From Raillietiella orientalis (Eukaryota): 64,000 bases of DNA. Where the stretch lies: assembly GCA_036172245.1 (NCBI GenBank), contig JAYWIR010000002.1:558001-622000 (forward strand). Reading direction: 5' to 3'. Positions within the stretch are counted from its first letter, which is position 1. Each line of letters starts with the position of its first letter. The translations under genes and the position numbers were made by a program. A model generated the notes under the pieces. The model was not told the DNA's origin. It saw only the letters and a list, made by a program, of their open reading frames with translations, and ran no database searches. Positions 1-10,419 of this stretch are shown in pieces.

Positions 1-1346
1 GCACCTGCCACGCAGTCAGGTGTCTTCCGCTAACGATCCTGCAGCGTCATGTGTCCTCGGGAATTCGGAGCGTGATACCATAGCAACGCGGGGAGGAGGC
101 ACTTCGATTCGGTGCCATCTCTCTCTCTCTCCTCCCCTTCTCTCATAGGGACGTCAAATCCTCTGGTAGTCCGAGCCTCTCCCTCCTCCGAAATCGATTA
201 ATCCAAATCGAGGTCTTCCTTCGAGGCAGAAAGAGCGCCTGCTCACGACCACGGACCTCCCTCTTTGAGAGAGGGCGCTTCCTCGCGCGTGTCGAGCGAG
301 CGCGGCGGCGGCAGCGGCGGAAGGGCTTCTCAAGGAAGAACGACGCTCTTCCCGGGATGAATCCCTAGCCGCTGCAGACGCCCTCGCCAGCAGGAGGAAG
401 AAACGGGAGCTTTCGTCTGAGAGGTGTGGGGGGGGGGAGAAAAAGTGCAGAGAGGGGAGGAGGAGGAGGCGCTCTTGTCGATGGCTCATGTCGCAGAGAG
501 AGAGGTCGAGGACCTTAGGCTGCTTCGGAGAAGAAGGGGGACGCTCCCCACCGCTTCCTCTTTCCCTCAACCCCCATTCTCTCGGAGCCTTCCAGACTCA
601 GCATTCCGTTCCTACATTCGGGGTCCCGAAGCGTCGGCCGTGAAGCCTCGGGGAAAGCAGACGGGGATAGGAAAGGGATCGGGCGGGTTGCCTCGAATTC
701 CCAGGGGAATGTCCTCTTTCGATATTTTTCCTCCTCTGCTCCTGCAGTGTTATCCGAAGGCCCCCGCGGGGAGGTCGGGTTTCACCGCAGCTCTCATCAA
801 CCTCGCGCGGAAGATCGGGCCACACCCGAAATAGCTGCACCATAAAATCTCGATCTCCTCTCTGCAGGTATCTCCGCGGGCGCCCACGGAAAGGATCTTC
901 GCACGGGCGGGGCAGCCTCGGAAAGGAGAAGCTGATCGAAGGCTCACGAAACGGGGAAGGAGGAGGAGGAGGAGGTGGGAGGCAACCAAGAAAAATAGAA
1001 GGAAGAAGAAAAAAATAAAGTAAAAAGAAGAGCAAGTTGTTCGCAGAGTGCGGAGGTGATGGTGGTGGATGCGAGCCCGTGCATCGGTCCTCGGAAAGAG
1101 TGCGCACGCGCCTTTAGGAGGAGAGGGGCTTACGAAAGACTCGGAGCCGCCACCAGAGCCTCCTTGCGGCGCCGTCTCCCGCAGTGCTCTCTACACGCGC
1201 GCACGGGAGCGTCCAATGTGTCGCGCAGGATCGCTTTCCTTGCTCCCGGAACTTTCATCTTTTCACTTGCCTCGTTCCCGAAATTCCCTCCCATCTCCTC
1301 CTACCTCCTTGCTCTCTTCTTCCTTTCCATTTGTGGCACCATGATG

Positions 1347-1543
1347 GGGTGCCGAGGAGGAGAGAAACCGGGGCTTTTGAGGACTCGAGCTCGAGTCCTG
1401 AGAAGGGAAACGGGGGAGAATTCAGGTGGACCTTTAGCGGCGGCGGCACAGCACTCACGCCGCGTTCGCCAACCCTTTTACCACTCCCTTCTCACCCTTG
1501 TTTTCTCCCAAGACCCACCCCCGGTTTCCCCGGCCCTAGGAGG
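1347..1543 (+). repeat. Diverged ~195-bp direct repeat, copy A (partner 3229-3422)
   Basis: Colinear anchors shared with copy B: GAAACCG(G/T)GGCTTTT, CGAGTCCTG(A/G)GAAGGGAAACG, GAATTCAGG, GCG(G/A)CGGCGGCA, TCCCAAGACCCACC. Aligned by eye. Confidence 0.85.
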
Positions 1544-3228
1544 CTTTGGAGGTAGCTGAGACTGCGAGGTGGTAATCGGTGTGCAAAGCAAAGCACGCAC
1601 GCCAAAGGTCAAACCCCAAATCTGTCTCTGGAGGAAGGCGCGATTACCAGCCGCTCCCCAGAACCTTCATTTTTCTTAGAGGGGTGTAAGGGGAACGGAG
1701 AAGAGAGAATAAGGATAGTAGGGGGGGGGGGGCAGGAGGGATAGTAGGAGAGTCCCCTGGATTCTCCCGACAGAAAAAAAAACGAGAGAGCAAGGGTCTC
1801 TTTGCCGGGACGCCGCTCGGCTCTCGAGCGTCCACGGAAAGGGCTGAGAACCTCGAGGCGTGAGGACGGAAACCGCTACCTGCCGCCCCCTAGGAGCACG
1901 TGCGTCTTTGAGGTGCTCTCTCAAGAAAAGCCGTTGGGAACGGTGCTCACGCAGGGGCAAGCGGAGGAGGCAGCCCGTTGCTTTTCCCTCGTCGCCGTCA
2001 CCCTCAGGCGTCACTGTTTCTTCTTCCTGCCCGCCCCTCTTCCGGAAGTGCCAGATGCGTGGGATGGTGAGAGGAGGTCTGCTCCCCCCTCAAGCTATTC
2101 GAGTATTCTGTGTTGCCGCAGCAGCCAGTAGCCGTGGACGTCTCCGCTCTTTCGACCTCGGGGACAAGGAGGGCACGCCAGTTCCCGAGGCAGCGCGTTG
2201 CCGCCTCCCGACCCCTTCTTATGCCATTATTTCCTCCCTGCTGCTACCCTCCTCCCTCTTCTCCATCGTTTTCTGAGACCTCGGGCGTCCCACCGCTCGC
2301 CAGTCGGGGGAAGATCGTTCTGGGGAGGAGGAAGCGCGAGCGAGAGAGGCGAGCTTCCCGCTGCGACGGCCCCGGGTTCGTCCCCCTCCGGAGCGAGGGG
2401 CAGTGTGCTCCGTGGGTGCCCTCGAGGGTGTCTTTCAAAGGCCCGACGCATCCCGACCTCACTCCTGTCCAAATAGTCGCATAAACAACGGAGGATAAGA
2501 CAGCGCAGAGGACGCGTCCGGGCGGGATCATTACCGCGCACAGCGTGAGTCGTCCGTCCGCCCCTTCTCTTCGGAGAGCTCCGGTCGCATCCAATTTGCA
2601 TCTCCGGCAAGCATCTTCGGAGAAAAGGGATTCGAGCCGAGCATCTATCTGACTGTGGACGAGATGCTGCTGCCGCCGCCGTTACAGAGACCGCTCTCCC
2701 CCCCTCCGCCTTCCCTTCCGCCTCCTTTGATCGCCACCTCCCCCTCCCGATTTTTGCGAACGCCCCTTCACCGCGATTTTGAAAAAAAGCGTTCTACAGG
2801 AAAGCTCTTCTTCTTTGCTAATGATTCCCTCCTTCCTCCATCCGGTTACTCCCATTTTCAAGGGAGGACTGGGATGCGCTCCAAGGAGGAGGAGAGGAAG
2901 TGGAAAGGCACCATGGTCTCGGGAGGAGAGAGGGGAAGGATGACTTCCGTGGGGGGCGAGATCTACGAATAATTTCTCGCTCCCCTCTGGCGAAATCCTC
3001 ATCCTCTCCTTCTCCTCCATCTCGCAGAGCCAAGCCACATCCGCTTTCGCGGGACTGCGCCCCGCTCTTGCTTGAAGGTCTCCGGGACCCTTTCGATTGG
3101 CGCGCCCTCCGAGCGATGTTTTCAGCTGATGCCACCCCCCTCTGTGCCCCCGGGTGTCGCTCCCGAAGGCGAGCTACAGAGCCCGAGCGACCCGGATGAG
3201 GGCTGCGACTGGAGAAGAAGAGGGAAAA

Positions 3229-3422
3229 GGGTACCAAGGGGAGGGGAAACCGTGGCTTTTCAGTACTCTCGAGAGCGAGTCCTGGGAAGGGAAACGAGGT
3301 CGAATTCAGGCGGGCCGCCAGCGACGGCGGCAGCGCGCGGGCGCCGACCCTTTCACCGCCCCCTTCCTACCCTTCTTTTTTTTTCCCAAGACCCACCTCC
3401 CGCTTCCCCCAGCCCGAGGAGG
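3229..3422 (+). repeat. Diverged ~195-bp direct repeat, copy B (partner 1347-1543)
   Basis: Same ordered anchors as copy A, offset about 1.88 kb. Confidence 0.85.
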
Positions 3423-3937
3423 TGTCGGCAGCGCGCGCCGAGAGAAAACGGCGGGGGAGCGCGCGAGCTTCGCCTTCTCCTCCCTTCCCTCCCCAAGAGA
3501 ATCCTTTCCCTTCATCTCGCGATCGTTCCCGTGGCCGCAACATGCAGAAGAGCGGCGGAAGAAACCCTCGTCCCCTCTTCCTTACCTTGGAATTCTCCCA
3601 GCTGAAGACTGAACCACTCAGCAGCAGCAGCGGTGGCAGCGGCGGAGACCCTTGTGCCGCTGCTGGTGTCTCCTTCGCGAAAAAAAGTGGGGGCGAGGGG
3701 ACCAGGGGAGGGTGGGTGCCACCCTACGTCATCGGAGATGGACGGGACTCTTTGCAGAAGGGGTCCGGGGGTGCTGACGGGGGGAAGGGGTGGCGGCAGC
3801 GGCGGCGGAGGAATCGGTGGGGGAGAGGCAGAAACAAACCGAAAATAAATCAATCAATAAATAAAAAAAAAAACAGGGCTGAGAGTCCCCGGGATTTGGG
3901 TGTCTCGGATCTCACGGCGAAGAGGGTGTCGTGGAGT

Positions 3938-3969
3938 GGAGGAGGAGGAGGAGGAGGAGGAGGAGGAGG
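3938..3969. repeat. (GGA)10 microsatellite
   Basis: Read directly from the sequence. Confidence 0.95.
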
Positions 3970-4159
3970 CGAGCGGGTGGCCCCGGATCACAGGCAGCGG
4001 ACGTCCCTACCTCGGGCGCCCGGCATCGCGAATGAAGAGCTCCGCCGCCCGTTCACTTTTACTGATACACAGACCCAGATACCGACATGGTCCAGAGGTG
4101 GTGGGCTGGCTCGTGCGAGCGTCGCCCGCGGGCCCGATTGTTACACTCCGCTTTTTCCT

Positions 4160-4364
4160 TTCTTCTTCTTCTTCTTCTTCTTCTTCTTCTCCTCCTCCTC
4201 CTCCTCCCCCTCCTCCTCCTCCTCCCCCTTCCCTCCTTCTCCTCTCCTTCTCCTCCCTTTCTCCCCTTCTCTGCGCTCTCCTCGCCTCGTTCCTCGCCGT
4301 CCTCTTCTTCCTCCGCTGCTTGCTGCTGCTGCTGCTGCCGCCGCCGCCGATGCTGCTGCTTCCC

Positions 4365-4398
<34 letters not shown>
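4160..4398. repeat. Compound microsatellite / polypyrimidine tract: (TTC)10, (TCC)n, (TGC)n(CGC)n, (CT)15
   Basis: (TTC)10 at 4160-4189, TCC runs 4190-4225, TGC/CGC runs 4321-4348, (CT)15 at 4369-4398. Confidence 0.95.
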
Positions 4399-4400
<2 letters not shown>

Positions 4401-7400
4401 CTCCCTCGAGCTTCTCTATCTCTCTCCGTAGCGTCCTCCGGCTTTCCTAGTGACGGCGGACGCTGAGGTAGCTGACCAATCGGTGTGGAGAGACTACCGA
4501 GGAAAAGTTGGTTCCCTCCTCTCCCGCAGGGAGCGCGCAGAGCGAACGTCACTTCAAGGTTCCTCCGTAGCTTTTCCCCTCCCCCTTTCTTCCTTTCCTG
4601 CCTCCTCCTTCCCTCCCTTTCCCCTCGTCCCTCCCTCCCTTTCGTCCCTTCCTCCGTGCGCTCCAGGTTGATTTCGTCTCGACAAACAATAAAAAAACCA
4701 AAAAAAGAAAAGAAAAGAAAAAAAAAAAATGAAGCTACGAGCTCTCAGGACAGCGCTCACACTCCGTAGCGACGACGCGTGCGCACTCGAACCATCCTGT
4801 TGCTGCCGCTGAGGCTGTTTCTGCTCCCGTTTGCAGCTTCGAGGAGTGGCGGAGGCACGTAAGCAATCATCCCTGCTCCTTTTGGTCACCATCGTTTCGC
4901 TACGGGAGACATTGCGGGGCGCTCCGTCGACGGCGGCGGCAGCGAGGAGGAGGATCTCTCTCTTCTCCGGGAAGAGCTTCCCCTCCGTTTGCAGCCTCCA
5001 CTCCCCCCTTCCCCTCTCCTGGACTCCTCATCTAGCTCCAAGAGGACCCGAACGAAAGTCGCAAGGGAAGGGGAGGGGGAGGGTGAACTCCGTCGGCGCC
5101 AGCAGGAGCTCTTCCTCTCTTGCAGCCGGAGGGGGACGGCGGAGGACGAAAGCCTCACTCCCGAGGGAGTTCGCGTCCCTCCCGTGCGCTCGCGCGTGTT
5201 CGGAGAGGAGCGTGAACTCCCTCTGCGGGCGGACCTCCCGTTACTCGCACAACGGGCGAGCGTGCGGCGGCAGAGCGGAGCGTTGCTGTCGCTGATGCCC
5301 CTTCCTCTTCAGGTTCCTGCCTCTAGAAGCATTTCCCCTCCCCTCCTTCTCCTCTCTTCTGAAACCGTTCGGCAGAGTGTTCCTCTGGGAAACCTGCCTC
5401 CCTGCTTTCCTCTTTTCCACGTCACTCCTGCCTCGCGTTCTCATGGAACGCGCAGGGGAAGAGAGAGGGTCGGGTCGAGGGACCTGTGGTCGCTCGCTAG
5501 GCAGTGGCACTTCGGTTGCCTCGGGAGATGGCTGGGTCATGGCTAGGACCTGGGGCATCCGTTCAAGCCAAGCATGCCTTTCCCTCTTTTCCTCTTTTCC
5601 CCCGGCCCTTGGCTGCCGCCCCTGCTCTGAACCCTTCTCTGTCGATGCAGACACAGGAGAACCCCCAAGCGGTGCCCCGTTCCAGGAGGAGGAAACATGG
5701 GGAAGGGGAGGGAGAAGGAGGGAGAGAGCCACAGCGCTTCCGATCGGCACCGAGATAGATGCTGAGAGATGCGGCATCGTCCAATCTTCAATGCCACTTC
5801 GCATTTGCAGGAACGGGGACTTTCAAAAGTGAGGGGAAGGAGGAGTGGAGGAAGACTGCACAGCAGGACTCCCCTGTAGTGACCTGACCACCTCCATCCC
5901 TCCCATTCCAGACTGCCCCAGCTCCACCAAATGTCTATCCCAGGAGAATCTTCCAAAAGGGAGGAGAGGAGAGAGGAGCATTTTCTCGCCTCCAGACGTA
6001 CCAGGAGGCCCCTCCGGAAGGGACTTGCAGGAAGGATGAGGTGCGGTCACTCACCTGCAAGCTCGAAGGTGAGTGCGGATGAATCGCGTCGCCCCTCGTC
6101 GTCAGGGAAACGCAGTCCGTTCTCTTGCATGCAAGAGGGGGAGGAGCAGGTCAGGTCCCTCAGGAACATGCCTGAGCGAGCAGTGGGTCAGGGAAGAAGG
6201 AGGGGGAAGGAAGGGAAATGGGCGCCTCCACCACTCCGAGAACACTCTCTGCCTGCCGCCACCACTAGGCGGCACCCGACGGATGGAGGGAGGAAGGGCG
6301 CGGCATGAGACAAGGAACGATTTGGCGGAGGGAACTGGGGCGGCGGGGGAGAGGGGGAAGGGAAATCTCGCGTGGCGTGGCCATCGGCGGGCGGGGACAC
6401 CTCCGCCACGCTTGTGGTCCCTCGCAGGGGGCGGACCCGAACTCGAGGTGGCTTGCGGCAGGCGAACGCCACACCCGGGTGCGCCCAACGACGGAGGGCA
6501 GCACGGTGGCGGCAGCGTCCGCGGACGGAAAGCCCCACGCCCTCCTTCTGGACCGCCCTCATTCCGCCCCTTTTCCAGGAACCCTCCTCTTGCAATCTCC
6601 CTCCCATTCCCTCCCTTCTCGTCCCGGGTTCCTCCTGCACCCGTCCTCCCCCTGAGTCAGGAGCTTCATCCCTCAGGAGCGGGCTCGACCGTGGTAAATC
6701 TCCTGCCGCTCGTTCCGAGGACGACGAGGCGGCGAGTCGGAAACCGTCCCGAGGCCGGAGGGAGCCTCTGCTCATTCCCTCTCCTCCGAGAAGGACCACT
6801 GCCGTGGCCCCTTTTCCCTCTCCCTCTCCTCTCGAAGCTTTCTCACTCCGACTACGGACGAGAAACCAGACAGTCATCCATCACACATCCGCTCAGCTCC
6901 TGGAGGAACGATGACTCCCTGCTTCTCTCTCGTCACCTCCATCTCACTTCGGGAAGCGCACAGAAGAAAGAGAATGGGTCTGTATCATCCAGACTTCCCT
7001 GAGAAGAGCGTTCCTTTGGAACAAACCACTCCCGGAAGGTCCGAGACAGCATTCGGGAGGGTGCCCATTTTAGGAAGAGAAGGATCCCGGGCAAGAGAGG
7101 ATGGGAGCGGTTAAGGTGGACATGGGGGTAGGGGCACGAGTGATAAGCCCGTCCGCTGCCATCCAGTGCTTGGAGTCAAAAAAGAGTAGCTCTCTGGTCT
7201 TTTCTCTCGGCTAGAGTCCCCTTTCTAAAGGCGTTTCCCTGAGAAGGTTCCTCTCTCTTCCCTCCTCCTTCTTCCCCCGCGCCACTGTCCAGACTCCGAT
7301 GAATCAGCCAGTTACGCGCTTGGTCTCTTTGGAGCTGTGGAAGCTCCGAAGATACTGCCAGCCTTCCTCCTCCTTCTCTGCCTGCGGTGTTTCCCCCTTC

Positions 7401-8439
7401 TCCGTGCTCTTCCGGGAGGAGGGGGAGGGGAGAAGAGTCGCCCAGCAGGGCGCACGGGGCAGGAGAGCGGGCGTGTGAGAGTGAGGGAGAGAGAGAGAGA
7501 AGCGCTCGAGGGGGGACTGACTCCCTTCGGACAGGGCTCCCATCCGAGAGCAGGGCGCGGCCGGTAGCGGGCGCTGCTCGTCCCGGATCCGCTTTGATCC
7601 TCATCGCGCGTCGACGTCGCCTCGCCTCTCTCGCGCGATGCCGCGCCGTCCGCCGGGTCGGAAGCCGCGCGCGCCGATAGCATCGGCGGCGGCGGCGGCG
7701 GACTTAAGAGGGCGCCCAAGGAATGTTATCGGGGTGCGCCAGCGGAAGCGGCGGAGGCGGCGCATGTGGGGGAGAGGCGCCGCGTTCTGACGAGCCAGAA
7801 GGCTTCCTCCTCCTCCGCCGCCGCCGCCGCCGTCGACGACGGCCTTCCACTCCTCGTCTCTCTCCGCGCCCCCGTTTGACCCCGCGGAAGGGGAGGAGAG
7901 GGAGGCGGGGATGAGACAGAGCCCTTTTGGTGCTCCGGGGAGAGCACTTTGCGTCAGGAGCTTCCTGTGCCTCGAAGCGGAGGAGCCGCTCTCTTCGAAC
8001 GGAAGAAAGGGAACTTCTCTTCGTCGCCGGGAGGAGAAGGAAAAGAATGGGGACCCGGAGATTCAACAGCCGTCCAAAGTGCTGTGTGGGTGCGTCGTTT
8101 CCCGTTTTTCCTCTTCTTTCCTCTTTCTTCTCTTCCCCCTTGCTCTTCCTCTCCACTCCCCGTTGTGGGATGGTGAAGGAGGAAGTCCCAGCTCTCTCGG
8201 AGGGAGAGCTGGGACACCGTGCCCTTCCACAAGGATGCATGGGGCTCATCTAAGAATTGGGAGAAGAAGGATTGGGAGGATGCGTTAGCGGAATAGGGAG
8301 CGCTGAGGAAGTTAGAGGGTATGGCAGGTGGACAACCTGTCATTTCAAGGAAGCTCGGGAAAAGCTGGGAAGCCGCCGCGGAGCTCCTGGGAGCCCTCCC
8401 GTCAGAAGAATGCCGAAGTTCACGCTCCCGTCCCTCTTT

Positions 8440-8550
8440 TTGAAGAGGTCCTCCGCACCGCCCGCCCTGCAGCGTTATCCTGCTTCCTAGGAACTTGTTC
8501 CACGTGTCAGCAGGTCAGCGATGGTCACAGTTCGGGGCAGCACCCACTTC
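8440..8550 (-). mobile_element. Possible degenerate BEL/Pao LTR-retrotransposon pol fragment (end of RNase H region)
   Basis: Minus-strand translation KWVLPRTVTIADLLTRGTSS*E (ADLLTRG at 8519-8499). About 12 codons later, frameshifted, comes CGG-TGC-GGA-GGA-CCT (RCGGP; the first two codons are each one substitution from TGG). This resembles the BEL/Pao pattern W-x9-ADxxTRG-x11-WWxGP. By-eye motif match with stops. Confidence 0.4.
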
Positions 8551-8760
8551 GCTTCTCCCAGAAGGCGAGGAGCCAGGGTTATCCCACCAGCAGCTCGATG
8601 AGCTGCTCGGTGCAGCCCCGGCCCTGACCCTCCATGTGAGAAACCGGGCTCTCATCTCTAGAAGCAGGATGCCTTTTTGGAGAAGGGAAAAGGCCACTGG
8701 AAGAAGGGGGAGGTGAAGGAAGCCGAATTTCCTGGCATGAACTGGGTGGAAGAGGAAGTC

Positions 8761-9043
8761 TGTTTTCCTCTTCCTCCTCCTGTTACTACATCATCACGGC
8801 CTCCAGCACCAGGACTTCCATCCCTTCTCTCTTCCTTTTCCTCGTTCCTCTTGATTCCTCCTCCTCTTCCTTCATCTCTCCCATTCCTCTCCCTCTTCTT
8901 CCTTGCTTCTCTTTCTTCCTCCTAATCTTTCTTGCTCTTCTTTCTTCCTTTTTCTCCTCCTCCTTCTTGCTTCTCTTGCTTCCTCTCCCTCCTCCTCCTC
9001 CTCCTTCTCTTCCCTTCCTCTTCCTCCCCCTCTTGCTCTTTTT
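8761..9043. repeat. Low-complexity polypyrimidine (TTC/TCC) tract
   Basis: About 280 bp, almost entirely C/T on the plus strand from about 8820 onward. Confidence 0.9.
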
Positions 9044-10096
9044 AAAGCAAAAATTAATGTGCGGCTCATCTGAATTTTCGATCAAAATGCAAATGTAGGT
9101 AGCGCTTTGGAATGTCGCACGGGAACGCTGCTCTTCGTGGCGCACGCTCTGCTCGCTCAGCGCTCTTTCGGACTTCCCCGCGGAAGCGAGCGGGAAGAAA
9201 CGAACATTCTACTCCCTGAGGAACGAGAAGAGAGCGGAAGGAGGGTTTTCTCTTGATCTCTTTTCGACAGCAAACGCGGGAGCTCTGGGACGCCTCCCTC
9301 GTCATCCCGCGCGCGTCCAGCTCTGAGGTCTTTTCCTGGCTGGGAAGTACGCGTGCGCTTCGCAGACAGGAGAGGCGGAAGTGGAACTTTTTCGTGTGTC
9401 CTAGCGGTCTTGATCCAGAAGAGAAACGCTGTTCCGCGGGGTGTAAGATGACGCTCCCGGTTTGATCCCTGAGCTTGCATCCACTTGATCATCAGTCTCA
9501 AGTATCCTTCTTAGCCATCCTTTCTGGAAAATTCCTCTACCCGTTGAGTTCCCTCCATGCTGCCCGCAGTGCGCCGCGGAGTCCTTCCCGCCTGCTGTCT
9601 GGGTGGAACTGGAGGACAGAGCTGCACCGGCTTTCGAGCTCCAGACCTCCCCTTCACCTCTCCCCTCCCCTCCTCGTTTGTTTGTTTTCAGAGTCGAGGC
9701 TGCGTTCCCTCAGGAGGCACCCACGTTCGGAGAGACAGCGTCCGGCGCACCCTTCTGGTAGCGACGCGTTGCCTTCTGCTCCCGAGACAGGAGCTTAGCG
9801 CTGTCGCTCCTGCGCGAGAGTGACACCCTTGTGACACGATACTGATAAAAGCCACCGTTGCTGGTCCATTTCGCCCTTGGGAGCGGGAAGCGCCAACCAG
9901 CCCTTAGGAAGCGGGAAACGGGACGTCCACGCACCGGCCTGTCCGGACGGAGGAGACTGGTAGCCGATCTTCTCATGCGGGCGCTCCATTCGCCAGAGGT
10001 TCTCCGCCACCGGGGCAACGGAGGAGCCCGTCGATAGAGGAGTTTTGCCTCCGGGGACGGCGTGCAGCTGGGAAGGCGCAGGCAGCACCCAGGTCT

Positions 10097-10109
10097 GTTA
10101 GGAAGAAGC
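10097..10109. repeat. 13-bp direct repeat GTTAGGAAGAAGC, left copy (putative target-site duplication)
   Basis: Identical to 10407-10419. Coincides with the point where myosin similarity ends. Confidence 0.9.
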
Positions 10110-10409
10110 CTTGTCAAGCTGCTCTTTGTTTTGCTCGGAATGTCTGCGTTCGTCTTCCAGCTGCAGGAGCAGCTCCTTGATGCGTTTGTCCTGCTTACGG
10201 AAGTTTTTGGAGTGCATCTGTTTCTCTTTGGTCTCTTCTTCCAGCTGCTCCTCCAGCTGGGATATCTTGCTCTCTAGCGCCGCTATCGTATTCTTTGTTT
10301 TCGTACGGAAGCTGTTCTCTAACTCGCTCAGCTTGCTCTTGAGCTCCTTGTTCTGGCGCTCTAAGAGCATCCTCTGGCTCTCCAGCTTCTGAGAAGCTGA
10401 GCGCTCGTT
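10107..10409 (-). pseudogene. zip: Non-muscle myosin II heavy chain (zipper / MYH9-MYH10 family) coiled-coil tail fragment, 101 uninterrupted codons, probably a captured or retro-inserted piece
   Basis: Translation NERSASQKLESQRMLLERQNKELKSKLSELENSFRTKTKNTIAALESKISQLEEQLEEETKEKQMHSKNFRKQDKRIKELLLQLEDERRHSEQNKEQLDKA contains the family hallmarks LERQNKELK, IAALExKIxxLEEQL and EDERRH. It lies within ORF 10098..10466. Flanking residues (EPLLP / SS*) are not myosin-like, there is no GT donor at the 3' end, and I saw no other myosin exons in the window. Confidence 0.9.
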
Positions 10410-10419
10410 AGGAAGAAGC
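10407..10419. repeat. 13-bp direct repeat GTTAGGAAGAAGC, right copy (putative target-site duplication)
   Basis: Identical to 10097-10109, offset 310 bp. Coincides with the start of myosin similarity on the minus strand. Confidence 0.9.

Noticed and set aside
3422-4552. Long overlapping ORFs (342, 188, 181 aa) with poly-G/F/S/P/E/A runs
   Set aside because: They are translations of microsatellites, open in several frames on both strands, with no recognisable domain.
8405-8460. AEDLFKKRDGSVNF as an EF-hand
   Set aside because: The loop is incomplete and overlaps the better-supported BEL/Pao-like reading.
10097-10419. Repeat-spacer-repeat read as a CRISPR-like unit
   Set aside because: Only two 13-bp copies, a 297-bp spacer, no cas genes, eukaryotic context.
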